Positions 34,794-43,098 of a DNA stretch of 56,344 nucleotides are shown here, in pieces. Under the pieces are notes generated by a model. That model was given only the letters and a program-made list of their open reading frames with translations. It was not told where the DNA came from and did not search any database. Both the position numbers and the translations under genes were made by a program. Location of the stretch: IMG/VR virus record IMGVR_UViG_3300036790_000300, positions 1 through 56,344 of that record. One strand, given 5' to 3'. Position 1 is the first letter of the stretch, and every line of letters begins with the position of its first letter. This stretch comes from a virus. Its lineage: Duplodnaviria > Caudoviricetes.

Positions 34794-36848
34794 CTAATTG
34801 CAATTGATCTCAGCTAGAGTCGGTCCTGCCGCCCACCACGTAGATATACCGGTTCCGGTTATGGCAGAGCCGGTGCAGGTTTTGATGTTGGTGTTGTTGG
34901 AGATGGTGTCATTGGCGCCGACGTTGATGGTTACGAAGACGTCGTTATAAAGACCATCGAACGCGGTGTAGGTTGTGGCTGAAGTATCCTGCAGGCTGAG
35001 GTGCTTGTAGTAGCTGAAGTGCAGCGTGCCGCCTGTATTGCTCGCTATGTTGGTCGTCACGTCGTACAAGGACAGACTCACGTCCGCGCCAGGGTTTCCG
35101 AAGTTGTTGCCGCCGATAGCGCCGCCGATATAGCCGGACGTGCCGATAGCGCCAAAGGTATTTACCGGCTGCTGGACTGTAGACGGGGGTTCCCCAATTA
35201 CGTTGTTGGGGAAGAACATATTCCAGACCGCCCAGAAAGGCCAGAGGCCGCCATCCTGCGTGAATTGGTTCAATATGAACCTGGATCCAAGCATTCCCTC
35301 GGTGCCGCCAGTGGCAAAGTCCGGACCTTCGCCGCCGATACCGGAACATGCCGGATCGGTACTCACTCCACCGGGGTTGGAACTGAAATTGGCGGGGTTC
35401 AGGGTAGGCGAAGTGCAGAACCCATTGATGGTGTTTTTGAAGTAGTTGCCGCCGGAGCCGGTGCCGAGATGGATGGCATCCCACCAAGAATCGTCCAGCC
35501 GGTTATCAGACACGTCCTCGTTGCCGTCGACGTTCGAGTAGTACCAGATATTGTGCGGTGCGATCTGGAGGAAGCTGTCTCGAAACCACGACCCCTGCCC
35601 TCCGGCGAGACAGACATTTCCGAGATAGTAGCGGTTGTAAAAGCCGCTGTCCTGCAGTTGACCGAATCCAAGCACGTGGTCCCAGTGCGAATCGAGGTCG
35701 GTCAGATCCACGCTGCAGTGAGGTTGGGTGTCCGTGAATCCGGATGCGTTATATGCTCCGCTGTTGTAATACCACTGCAGGTCGGCAGCGAAGAAGATCA
35801 TGGTGCCGCCGCTGTCCTGGCCGCTCGCGCTCTGCGATACGGTTCTTCCGGGTCCACCAAAGTTCTGGAAGCCGATGTTGTGTATCCACGAGTCAGTAGC
35901 GTTGCCCGTATCGTTGATGAGACCAATGTCGGCAGCGTGCCCAGAGCCGGCGCCGTTCAGGAGCACTCCGCCCATCGTGGTTTGACCGGAGTTGGCCGTA
36001 TACACGGTCCCATTGCAGGTGAAGGTCATCGATCCGTTCTGGGTAAACATGGCCTGCGTGGGATCGGACGTATTCAGCGTCGTGCTGTTTCCGTAAGGCG
36101 CCCCCGCTGGGCCTTCGATATCGACCGGTGCGGGTATCTGGATATTGCCGCCTATGGAATACGTGCCGGCCGGGATGTGAATCACCGGCGTGATGCTCTG
36201 CCCCTGGGTAAAGTACTGGCACATTGCAAGCTGGATCGTATTCACCATGGCTGTAGATGGGTTCGACGCCCAGCCGTGGCACCTGACGTCCCAGTTGCCG
36301 GCGTTGTGATCCTCGTTGCAGGTGTAGGTAGTGACCCCGCCGGACGTCTGGACCGTGGTCTCAGGTACCGGCGCGAGGGTGTTGTTGGTGACCCCACCCG
36401 CGACGCCTTCATTGGCGGCCGTCGACCCGCCTATATCTCCACCGCCGCTTCCGCCGCCAGGAGAGCAATCTGTACACACGGTGACCGGCTGGCTGTAGGA
36501 GTTTGGCGGTATCCCTCCGCTGCCAACCACATCGACTGGCGCGCCGGTGGCAGTCCAGAACAGCCATCCGCCGGGATTGATGGAATTAATGGCGTTCGCG
36601 GTGAACGGGTTAGGAAGTGACGTTCCGGTCGAGTTCGAGAAGATGGCTGCCTTGGTCTGCGTGCCGGTCAAATACACGGTCACCTGGCAGGATGGGACTA
36701 TGCCCTGCAGCGTGTTGGTGCTCTGGGTGCCCTGCACTTTTGCGGTGGTCCCGCCCTGCGAGCAATAGCCACTGATCGCTGCGGTGGTTTGCGCGAATAC
36801 AGGCAGCGTGAAGACCGCCATGAAGGACAATAGGAGCAATCTGCGCAT
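34794..36848 (-). CDS. Tailspike (particle-binding N-domain + beta-helix) with N-terminal signal peptide
   Basis: MRRLLLLSFMAVFTLPVFA|Q; VTVYLTGTQTKAAIFSNSTGTSLPNPFTAN attachment-like motif; Gly linker; WDVRCHGW / IHIPAGTY beta-helix start. Confidence 0.7.
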   Translation of the reverse strand: MRRLLLLSFMAVFTLPVFAQTTAAISGYCSQGGTTAKVQGTQSTNTLQGIVPSCQVTVYLTGTQTKAAIFSNSTGTSLPNPFTANAINSINPGGWLFWTATGAPVDVVGSGGIPPNSYSQPVTVCTDCSPGGGSGGGDIGGSTAANEGVAGGVTNNTLAPVPETTVQTSGGVTTYTCNEDHNAGNWDVRCHGWASNPSTAMVNTIQLAMCQYFTQGQSITPVIHIPAGTYSIGGNIQIPAPVDIEGPAGAPYGNSTTLNTSDPTQAMFTQNGSMTFTCNGTVYTANSGQTTMGGVLLNGAGSGHAADIGLINDTGNATDSWIHNIGFQNFGGPGRTVSQSASGQDSGGTMIFFAADLQWYYNSGAYNASGFTDTQPHCSVDLTDLDSHWDHVLGFGQLQDSGFYNRYYLGNVCLAGGQGSWFRDSFLQIAPHNIWYYSNVDGNEDVSDNRLDDSWWDAIHLGTGSGGNYFKNTINGFCTSPTLNPANFSSNPGGVSTDPACSGIGGEGPDFATGGTEGMLGSRFILNQFTQDGGLWPFWAVWNMFFPNNVIGEPPSTVQQPVNTFGAIGTSGYIGGAIGGNNFGNPGADVSLSLYDVTTNIASNTGGTLHFSYYKHLSLQDTSATTYTAFDGLYNDVFVTINVGANDTISNNTNIKTCTGSAITGTGISTWWAAGPTLAEINCN

Positions 36849-36929
36849 GAATCCTCGAGGAAGAGGGGGCGCGCAGTCTACCGGGGTAGGGCGGGCGGAA
36901 TCTCGCTTAAACTGTATACCAACTGACAG

Positions 36930-36965
36930 AAAGCGTCACGCTTTTCCTTGCCCGACATCCTGTCG
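36930..36965. promoter_or_regulatory. Palindrome AAAGCGTCACGCTTT plus 13-bp motif CGACATCCTGTCG (copy 7)
   Basis: Divergent intergenic region between the tailspike/lysis operon and the glycosylation operon. Confidence 0.55.
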
Positions 36966-37033
36966 TTTTCTGATTTCCAATTTAATTCACTCCATTTCAA
37001 AATATGCTTTACAATTTCCTGCGAGGAATTGAA

Positions 37034-37549
37034 ATGGAAAACGATACAGCGAATTCGCCGCGACCAAAGAGGAAATATTCCCCGCGTCAACCCAAAGCTC
37101 CAGAAGTGAATTCCAATATTACGCAATTGGAAAGCGGCCTGATACCGCTCATGAATGCGCGACGCGAAGTGAACGGCAGAATGAATTTGGCTGCGCACAA
37201 AGCAAATCTGGCAAATCAGGAATTGCAGGCCGTGCAGGGTGAATTTGCGCAAATTGATGGCGAGATCAATTACACCCTACAGGTCATCTCGCAATTGAAG
37301 GGTGGCGCGCCAACTCCGCAAGGTTCATACATTGCGCCGGGGCCTCCGCAGCAATTCGGATACCCGCAATACCAGCAGCCGCCGTCTCCGCCGTACACCA
37401 ACGCCATTCCGTATCCGCAATTCCCCGGTCCGGCTGAAGGGGTGTCGAGCATGCCTGCGCCGAACCGCGGTCTTTACCCCGACGCAACGGATCGCCTTGA
37501 GAGTGCCGAAGATGTGCGTCAATTCGAGCTCGGGCAAAGAGGCCGGTAA
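37034..37549 (+). CDS. Coiled-coil protein with P/Q/Y/G low-complexity region
   Basis: GAGGA RBS; first gene of the glycosylation operon. Confidence 0.6.
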   Translation: MENDTANSPRPKRKYSPRQPKAPEVNSNITQLESGLIPLMNARREVNGRMNLAAHKANLANQELQAVQGEFAQIDGEINYTLQVISQLKGGAPTPQGSYIAPGPPQQFGYPQYQQPPSPPYTNAIPYPQFPGPAEGVSSMPAPNRGLYPDATDRLESAEDVRQFELGQRGR

Positions 37550-38707
37550 GTGGCTGAAAAGAGAAAGATACTCTTCCTCGGCGACAGCGTGTCTGGTTTC
37601 AGCGGCCTCGGGCGCATCCACCGCGACGTAGCCACCAGGTGCGTCGCGCACTTGAGCGATGTGTTCAATGTGGCCACCATCGGCATCGGCGCGCCACCGA
37701 GCGCAGAGATTCCCTTGCGCCAGTATCCTGTGACGCACTGCGACGACTGGATCATCCACGACCTGCCGTATGCGTGGAAGGACCACGTCGGAGACCGGGC
37801 GGATGGGATTCTCTTCTCTTTCTGGGACGTCAGCCGGCTGCTGTGGATGGTCTACCCGGAGCAATGCCCGAATCTCGTGGTGCGGGACTTCCTGCTCAAT
37901 TTCAAGGGGGAAAAGTGGGTCTATCCCGCCGTGGATGGCGCTGGGCCGAACGGGCGTATGCCTGCCATGCTTGCCGACGCGCTCAGCAGGTTCGATCGCG
38001 TTCTGAACTACACCGAGTTCTCCGCGAGGATCACCGGCTATCCCGACGTCTGCACGCATGGCATCGATACCAGCGTCTTCTATCCGCGTAGCGGAGCGCG
38101 CGAAGCCATCGCGGCCAAGTTCGCCATGAATCTCGAGCCCGGAGAGCGCCTGATTGGCATCGTGGCGACAAACCAGCCGCGCAAGGACTGGGCTCTGGCA
38201 TTCGGTGCTTTGGCTCTTTTGAAGCAGCAGGGAATCAAGGCGACAGTGTGGATTCATACCGACACCGACATGCGGCACTGGGATCTGAAGGCACTCTACG
38301 TCGACTTTGGCCTCGCTCCCGATATCAGGGCGTTTGTGACGCCGTACGGGCTGCCAGATGACGACCTTGCCGCGCTCTACAGCGCGTGCGATGTGACGAT
38401 TGGACCGGGTGTCGAAGGGTTCGGCTACCCTGCGGCGGAGTCTCTATGCTGCGGGACACCGCACGTCACCGGAAGCTACGGCGGTCAAGCTGATTTTGTT
38501 CCCGAACCTATGCAGATCCATCCGATTGCCTATCGCTACGAGGGAGTCTTCGCGGTGCAGCGCCCGGTCCATGATTCGGCGAAGTTTGCCGAGCGCATCC
38601 GGTACTGGCTCCCGGACCGGTGGACTGGACCGGCGTGCGGGTGGGACGCCGTGGCATGGAACTCCGTCTGGCCCAAGTGGGAGCAGTGGTTCAGGGATGG
38701 CCTGTGA
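37550..38707 (+). CDS. Glycosyltransferase, GT4-like (GT-B fold)
   Basis: HGIDTSVF, NQPRKD, LYSACDV...EGFGYPAAESLCCGTP. Confidence 0.88.
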   Translation: MAEKRKILFLGDSVSGFSGLGRIHRDVATRCVAHLSDVFNVATIGIGAPPSAEIPLRQYPVTHCDDWIIHDLPYAWKDHVGDRADGILFSFWDVSRLLWMVYPEQCPNLVVRDFLLNFKGEKWVYPAVDGAGPNGRMPAMLADALSRFDRVLNYTEFSARITGYPDVCTHGIDTSVFYPRSGAREAIAAKFAMNLEPGERLIGIVATNQPRKDWALAFGALALLKQQGIKATVWIHTDTDMRHWDLKALYVDFGLAPDIRAFVTPYGLPDDDLAALYSACDVTIGPGVEGFGYPAAESLCCGTPHVTGSYGGQADFVPEPMQIHPIAYRYEGVFAVQRPVHDSAKFAERIRYWLPDRWTGPACGWDAVAWNSVWPKWEQWFRDGL

Positions 38708-39144
38708 GGCTCAACCTTGGCTGCTCCTCGAACCTGCGCGTTGGATTTGTGAACGTGGATATCGTCCAACCGTGCAACCAGCAGGCGGACCTCCGCGAGT
38801 TATGGCCGTGGCGGGACTCCTTCATCGACTACGTGCTGGCGATCGACATCATCGAACATTTGCCGGACAAGATCCGCACGATGAATCAGTTGTGGCGCGT
38901 CCTGAAGCCCGGCGCCATTGCTGAGATCGAGGTTCCGACCACCAACGGGGAATGCGCTTTCGCTGACCCGACGCATGTCTCGTACTGGAATCGGACGAGC
39001 TTCTACTACTTCCAGAAGGATCACGAACTGCACCGCTATGCCGAGCCTTACGGGATAAAAGCCTGTTTCGAAGTGGTAGAGGAGTACACCCGCACGATGC
39101 GCGACGGCCCCAAGTTGCTGATCAAGCTGAAGGCGGTCAAGTGA
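38704..39144 (+). CDS. SAM-dependent methyltransferase (type 11-like)
   Basis: LNLGC...NVDI...ADL...IIEHL...RVLKPGA, DPTH. Confidence 0.85.
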   Translation: MRLNLGCSSNLRVGFVNVDIVQPCNQQADLRELWPWRDSFIDYVLAIDIIEHLPDKIRTMNQLWRVLKPGAIAEIEVPTTNGECAFADPTHVSYWNRTSFYYFQKDHELHRYAEPYGIKACFEVVEEYTRTMRDGPKLLIKLKAVK

Positions 39145-40064
39145 CCGAGTACGTCTCGCTGGCGTCCAAAATCCCGCTTGCGGCTCCTATGGCGGTGTTT
39201 TTGGAGTTCACCAACCGGTGCAACTTTCGCTGCTCCTTCTGTCCTGAAAGTCTGCCGGACTACGCCGACAAGGCTGGCGGGATTCACAAGCTGTCATGGG
39301 GCCTGTTCGGGAAAATCTGCCGAGACATGAGGCAGATGCAGGGGATCAAGGTGCTCCGCTTCTACGGTCTAGGGGAAACCCTGATGCACCCCTCTGCCGT
39401 GTCTATGATCGCCGAAGCGTGTTCGATGAATCTGGCCGAGCGAACAGAGATGACGAGCAACGGCAGCCTGCTTTCCCCAAACACGTCCGCCAATCTCATT
39501 GCATCCGGACTGGGCACTTTGCACGTCAGCGTCTACGGGACCACGCAGGCGGAGATGAAGGAGTTCACCCTGTCGCCTATCCCGCCGGAGCGGATACGGG
39601 ACAACCTGTGGGCCTTCCTCGCCATCCGAGGGAAGTTCCGCAAACCGAAGCTGATCGTGAAGATCACGACGGAGCCTGACAAAGTCGATCGCTTTGCTTT
39701 CATGTTCCGCGACGTATGTGATGAATTGGACATCAAGCCGCTGCACAACTGGACCGGGCAGGACCGCCTGACCACCATCGGCAGACCTCACCAAAAGGCT
39801 GTCTGTCCGTCCCCGTTCTACATCATGAAAATCAACTCCGACGGCATTATCACCTGCTGCGCCACCGACTGGCGGCGCGACACCGCGGTGGGCAACGTCG
39901 CAGAGGAATCGCTCTCTGATATCTGGAATGGACAGCGCATGAGGGACTTCCGCCTGATGCACCTGAATCACAGGCGCTGCGACAACGCCGCGTGTGCGAA
40001 TTGCGACTTCATCGACAGCTTCCATGACGATCTGGACGCTGTCAGCCCGGAGGTTCTGGCGTGA
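39141..40064 (+). CDS. Radical SAM protein with SPASM/twitch domain
   Basis: CNFRCSFC (CxxxCxxC), GLGET, TSNG; C-terminal CPSPF...TCC...CANC. Confidence 0.9.
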   Translation: MTEYVSLASKIPLAAPMAVFLEFTNRCNFRCSFCPESLPDYADKAGGIHKLSWGLFGKICRDMRQMQGIKVLRFYGLGETLMHPSAVSMIAEACSMNLAERTEMTSNGSLLSPNTSANLIASGLGTLHVSVYGTTQAEMKEFTLSPIPPERIRDNLWAFLAIRGKFRKPKLIVKITTEPDKVDRFAFMFRDVCDELDIKPLHNWTGQDRLTTIGRPHQKAVCPSPFYIMKINSDGIITCCATDWRRDTAVGNVAEESLSDIWNGQRMRDFRLMHLNHRRCDNAACANCDFIDSFHDDLDAVSPEVLA

Positions 40065-40855
40065 AGCTGAACCTCTGTTGCATGTTCCACGACGAAGTTC
40101 CGTATCTCAAAGAGTGGATCGAATTCCACCGAATGATGGGAGTCGAGAAATTCTATCTCTACAACCGTCTATCCAATGATGCCTGGCAGCCCATCCTTCA
40201 GCCCTACATTGAGTGGGGAATCGTGGAACTGACGGACTGGCCATACCAGCGGCTGTATCAGGGCCATCGCGAAGCGTTCATCGACTCGCACCAGCACTGC
40301 ATCGACAGACTTCGCGGAAGTCATGAATGGCTGGCTATGATCGATTGCGACGAGTTCCTATTCTCTCCGGCTTACGCGACAGTCGCTGAGGCCATATCCA
40401 AGATGCCAGAGTCATGGGGAGCGATCGGAGCGCACTGGGTGGTCTTTGGGCCGGGAGACGAAACGGCGTACCGAAACGCACCGGTGATTGAGCGCTTTAC
40501 CTGGCGGCCGAACGCGGTGAACTATTTCAACCGCTGGTACAAGAGCATCGTGCGCCTTGACGATCCCGATCTCAACACGCTGGGCAGCACACACCGCTAT
40601 CGGACTCAGGCCGGGACGTTCAACGAAGACGGTCTGCTGCTCGATGGCAACGAATCTCCTCCGGTATCTTCATTCCTGCGAATCAACCACTACTTCACGA
40701 AGTCGCGCCCGGAGTGGGAAATCAGGCACCCTCTGGTTGAAGACGGCATCCCGTATGAGCGCGATGAAAGACGTTGGAACGATGTGCAACGGCGGGACGT
40801 GGATGACAGAACGATCCAGCGGTTTCTGCCTGAATTGAAAGAGAGGCTGAAGTGA
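40061..40855 (+). CDS. Glycosyltransferase, GT92/GT2-like (GT-A fold)
   Basis: DEVPYLKEWIEFH...WLAMIDCDEFL...KSIV...RINHYFTKS. Confidence 0.82.
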   Translation: MKLNLCCMFHDEVPYLKEWIEFHRMMGVEKFYLYNRLSNDAWQPILQPYIEWGIVELTDWPYQRLYQGHREAFIDSHQHCIDRLRGSHEWLAMIDCDEFLFSPAYATVAEAISKMPESWGAIGAHWVVFGPGDETAYRNAPVIERFTWRPNAVNYFNRWYKSIVRLDDPDLNTLGSTHRYRTQAGTFNEDGLLLDGNESPPVSSFLRINHYFTKSRPEWEIRHPLVEDGIPYERDERRWNDVQRRDVDDRTIQRFLPELKERLK

Positions 40856-41484
40856 TCCCAGTTTTCATTCCATACGTGAACCGCCCCGATCTGCTTCAAC
40901 GCGCAGTGGGCAGTGTGCCTGATTCCAGCGAGTGCCGGGCACAGATAATAAACAACTCTGGAGCGTGGATTCCCTTCGATGGCGTTGTTGAACCATCCGT
41001 GCCTCTCACTTTTTCCCAGTCTCAGAACTGGATGTTGAGTTTGGCCTGGGATCGGTGGGACGCCCCGTTCTACCTCTTCATGCACTCGGACGCCGAGGCT
41101 GGGGAGGGGACTGTGGAGAAACTTGTGGAAATGGCGCGAAACCAGACGGGTCAGTGGGGAGCTATCTTCACCGCTTACGACGCCCTGGCAGCCTTCAACG
41201 TGGAGGCCATGACGGCCATCCGCGGCTGGGACACGATGCTCAGTTGGTACTGCGGAGACAATGACTGTTACCGCCGCCTGCGCCTCGCCGGATACCCTAC
41301 GCTGGAGTCGAATCTACCGGTCAAGCACACGCCCTCGCAGACGCTCAACAGCGACCCCGAAGTGGCGCGCCGGGTGAACCTTGAGATTCCGTTCCGCGAG
41401 TCCTACTATAGGGCCAAGTGGGGCGGTAATCCGGGTCAGGAAATCTTCACGAATCCATTTGACTCGGTGGGTTCTTTGAAGTAG
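40852..41484 (+). CDS. Glycosyltransferase, GT2-like
   Basis: IPYVNRPDLL...IINN, HSD, GWD...DNDCYRRL, KWGG. Confidence 0.7.
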   Translation: MIPVFIPYVNRPDLLQRAVGSVPDSSECRAQIINNSGAWIPFDGVVEPSVPLTFSQSQNWMLSLAWDRWDAPFYLFMHSDAEAGEGTVEKLVEMARNQTGQWGAIFTAYDALAAFNVEAMTAIRGWDTMLSWYCGDNDCYRRLRLAGYPTLESNLPVKHTPSQTLNSDPEVARRVNLEIPFRESYYRAKWGGNPGQEIFTNPFDSVGSLK

Positions 41485-42344
41485 GCACATGGAAAGCGAA
41501 ACTGACATGGATGAACAGAATCGAAGCATCGACTCAAGTGACGGGGCAACTCTTTACCCGAGCACCGCTCGACATCTGCGAGATTTTCTGAAGCTAGGTC
41601 GGCTATTTTGGATCGCTCGTCCTGGTCCCAGGTTATCTCCGGATGAATCAGAAACGCCTCCGTCGCCAGACCATCCGCGTTCATAGCCTCGACCCACTCC
41701 TCGCGTGTGCCCTCGTAGCGCTCCCGGAAGACGGGCTCCCAATTGCCATCAAATCCCCCGCCGTCTCGCTTGCGGAAGCGCAATTCCTGACTGCGTGGGT
41801 GCAGCCAGCCTTTCGTCAGCGGGCCATGCCTGCGGCCCTCGCGCATCGATCCCAGTACGACGGCCACGATCGTCACCGGCAGGCCGTACAGCGCCCCTTC
41901 CAGCGTCCGCCAGTCTCGCATCTCCTGTAAGGCCCTACGCTCGTTCCAGCGGTCGCAGAGCACCACCCTGCGCAGTCCTCCAGGCACGGTGAAGCACGAG
42001 GGTATCCAATCTCCCAGCGGTGCAGGATGACGCCACGCAGGGCCGGTGCGCAGGCACCACACGATGATTTCAGCCAGAGCGGAACAATGCTCCGCCAGCC
42101 CCAGCAGGTCGCTCTGCTCGGTCTCGATTGGCCGAGAAAGCGCCAGGCGCATGACTTCATCGCTGGCAGCCTTCCCTGGGTCGTCGGAAGTGTGTTGGAG
42201 GCCGTGCTCTACGCCGCGGGTGAGCAGTTGATGGAAACTGAGCGCTTCTCGCTCAAGACGAGCGGCCAGTTGCGCCTGCTTCGGGCAGATGTCGAGGCTA
42301 TTGAGGAGCGCTGCGCTGGGCGGCACGGAGTCTTTCCAGTTCAC
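41436..42344 (-). CDS. Cas4/AddB-like PD-(D/E)XK-fold protein, possibly degenerate
   Basis: N-terminal ICPKQ plus C-terminal RCFDSVHPCQFRFPC (1+3 Cys pattern); no clear D...ExK catalytic motif. Confidence 0.45.
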   Translation of the reverse strand: MNWKDSVPPSAALLNSLDICPKQAQLAARLEREALSFHQLLTRGVEHGLQHTSDDPGKAASDEVMRLALSRPIETEQSDLLGLAEHCSALAEIIVWCLRTGPAWRHPAPLGDWIPSCFTVPGGLRRVVLCDRWNERRALQEMRDWRTLEGALYGLPVTIVAVVLGSMREGRRHGPLTKGWLHPRSQELRFRKRDGGGFDGNWEPVFRERYEGTREEWVEAMNADGLATEAFLIHPEITWDQDERSKIADLASENLADVERCSGKELPRHLSRCFDSVHPCQFRFPCAYFKEPTESNGFVKIS

Positions 42345-43098
42345 GCTGCTTGGGCAGTTGCGGAACGTTTCCCCCGAGAAGTGGGTCTGGCCGATAGTCC
42401 AGCCCGGGAGTTCCGTACGCCGGTAGACCTGGAGCCCTGGGCGCGGAGGGCGCTTCTGGCATGCTGATACCCAACATGGTGCCGATCGAACGAAGCGCGC
42501 TGTACTTTGGGACGTCGGAGAGTTGCTGGACGAACGGGTGGTATGCTTCGCGCACCTGCTCCATCATCTTCGACATACCTGGCGTAGCTTTTCCAGCAGC
42601 TACGGCCTCCTCGTATTGATCCTGCATCTCCTTGTAGTCGGCAACAATGTCGGCTTGCTGCTCCCGGTTGAAATCGGCCACCGTTTTCCCCTGCTGACGC
42701 GCCTGCAGTAAACCTTGCACTCCCCCGTACGCATAGTTGCGGTGATTCCCGGATCGGTACTGATCTTCGGAGTACGGCTTCACTTGGCCGGGAAGATCGA
42801 GATTGTAGCCGCCAGGTAGCTTTAGTCCGCCAATGTCCTGGACCTGCTGAAGCTGATGCGTCATCTCGTGATTTCGAACGGGGACGCCGTATTCTTTCGG
42901 ACGGAATACCGAGATGACTCCTGGATTCGACTCCGCCACTGTGTGATAGCCCAACTCTGTGGCACCGTGGACATCAGACCCCGGAGCGACTTTCTGCAGC
43001 ACCTTGCCCACATTCACCTTATCGCTGATAAGAGTTGGGACGGTGGACGCGTCAAGAACCGCTGGGTCCAGCTTGTATCCGTCGGGAGGCGTGGGCAT
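42298..43098 (-). CDS. HExxH zinc-metallopeptidase-like protein (possible ejected/internal protein)
   Basis: RNHEMTHQLQ and FNREQQADIVADY; TAATG-coupled to the ejection-protein genes. Confidence 0.55.
   Translation of the reverse strand: MPTPPDGYKLDPAVLDASTVPTLISDKVNVGKVLQKVAPGSDVHGATELGYHTVAESNPGVISVFRPKEYGVPVRNHEMTHQLQQVQDIGGLKLPGGYNLDLPGQVKPYSEDQYRSGNHRNYAYGGVQGLLQARQQGKTVADFNREQQADIVADYKEMQDQYEEAVAAGKATPGMSKMMEQVREAYHPFVQQLSDVPKYSALRSIGTMLGISMPEAPSAPRAPGLPAYGTPGLDYRPDPLLGGNVPQLPKQRELERLRAAQRSAPQ

Noticed and set aside
35001-36620. 539-aa plus-strand ORF, and similar long antisense ORFs (2602..3678, 14570..15589, 25722..26645, 37325..38278)
   Set aside because: Shadow frames opposite well-supported genes in GC-rich DNA; no recognisable motifs
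37034-40064. RiPP cluster (radical SAM/SPASM plus precursor peptide)
   Set aside because: No short precursor, RRE domain, peptidase or transporter evident; neighbours are glycosyltransferases. Disfavoured, not excluded.
20499-41484. DNA hypermodification pathway (dCTP deaminase plus glycosyltransferases)
   Set aside because: No hydroxymethylase/thymidylate synthase, TET/JBP dioxygenase or own polymerase recognised to create an acceptor base; kept only as an alternative
41436-42344. CRISPR-Cas system around the Cas4-like gene
   Set aside because: No repeat-spacer array or other cas genes seen in the window
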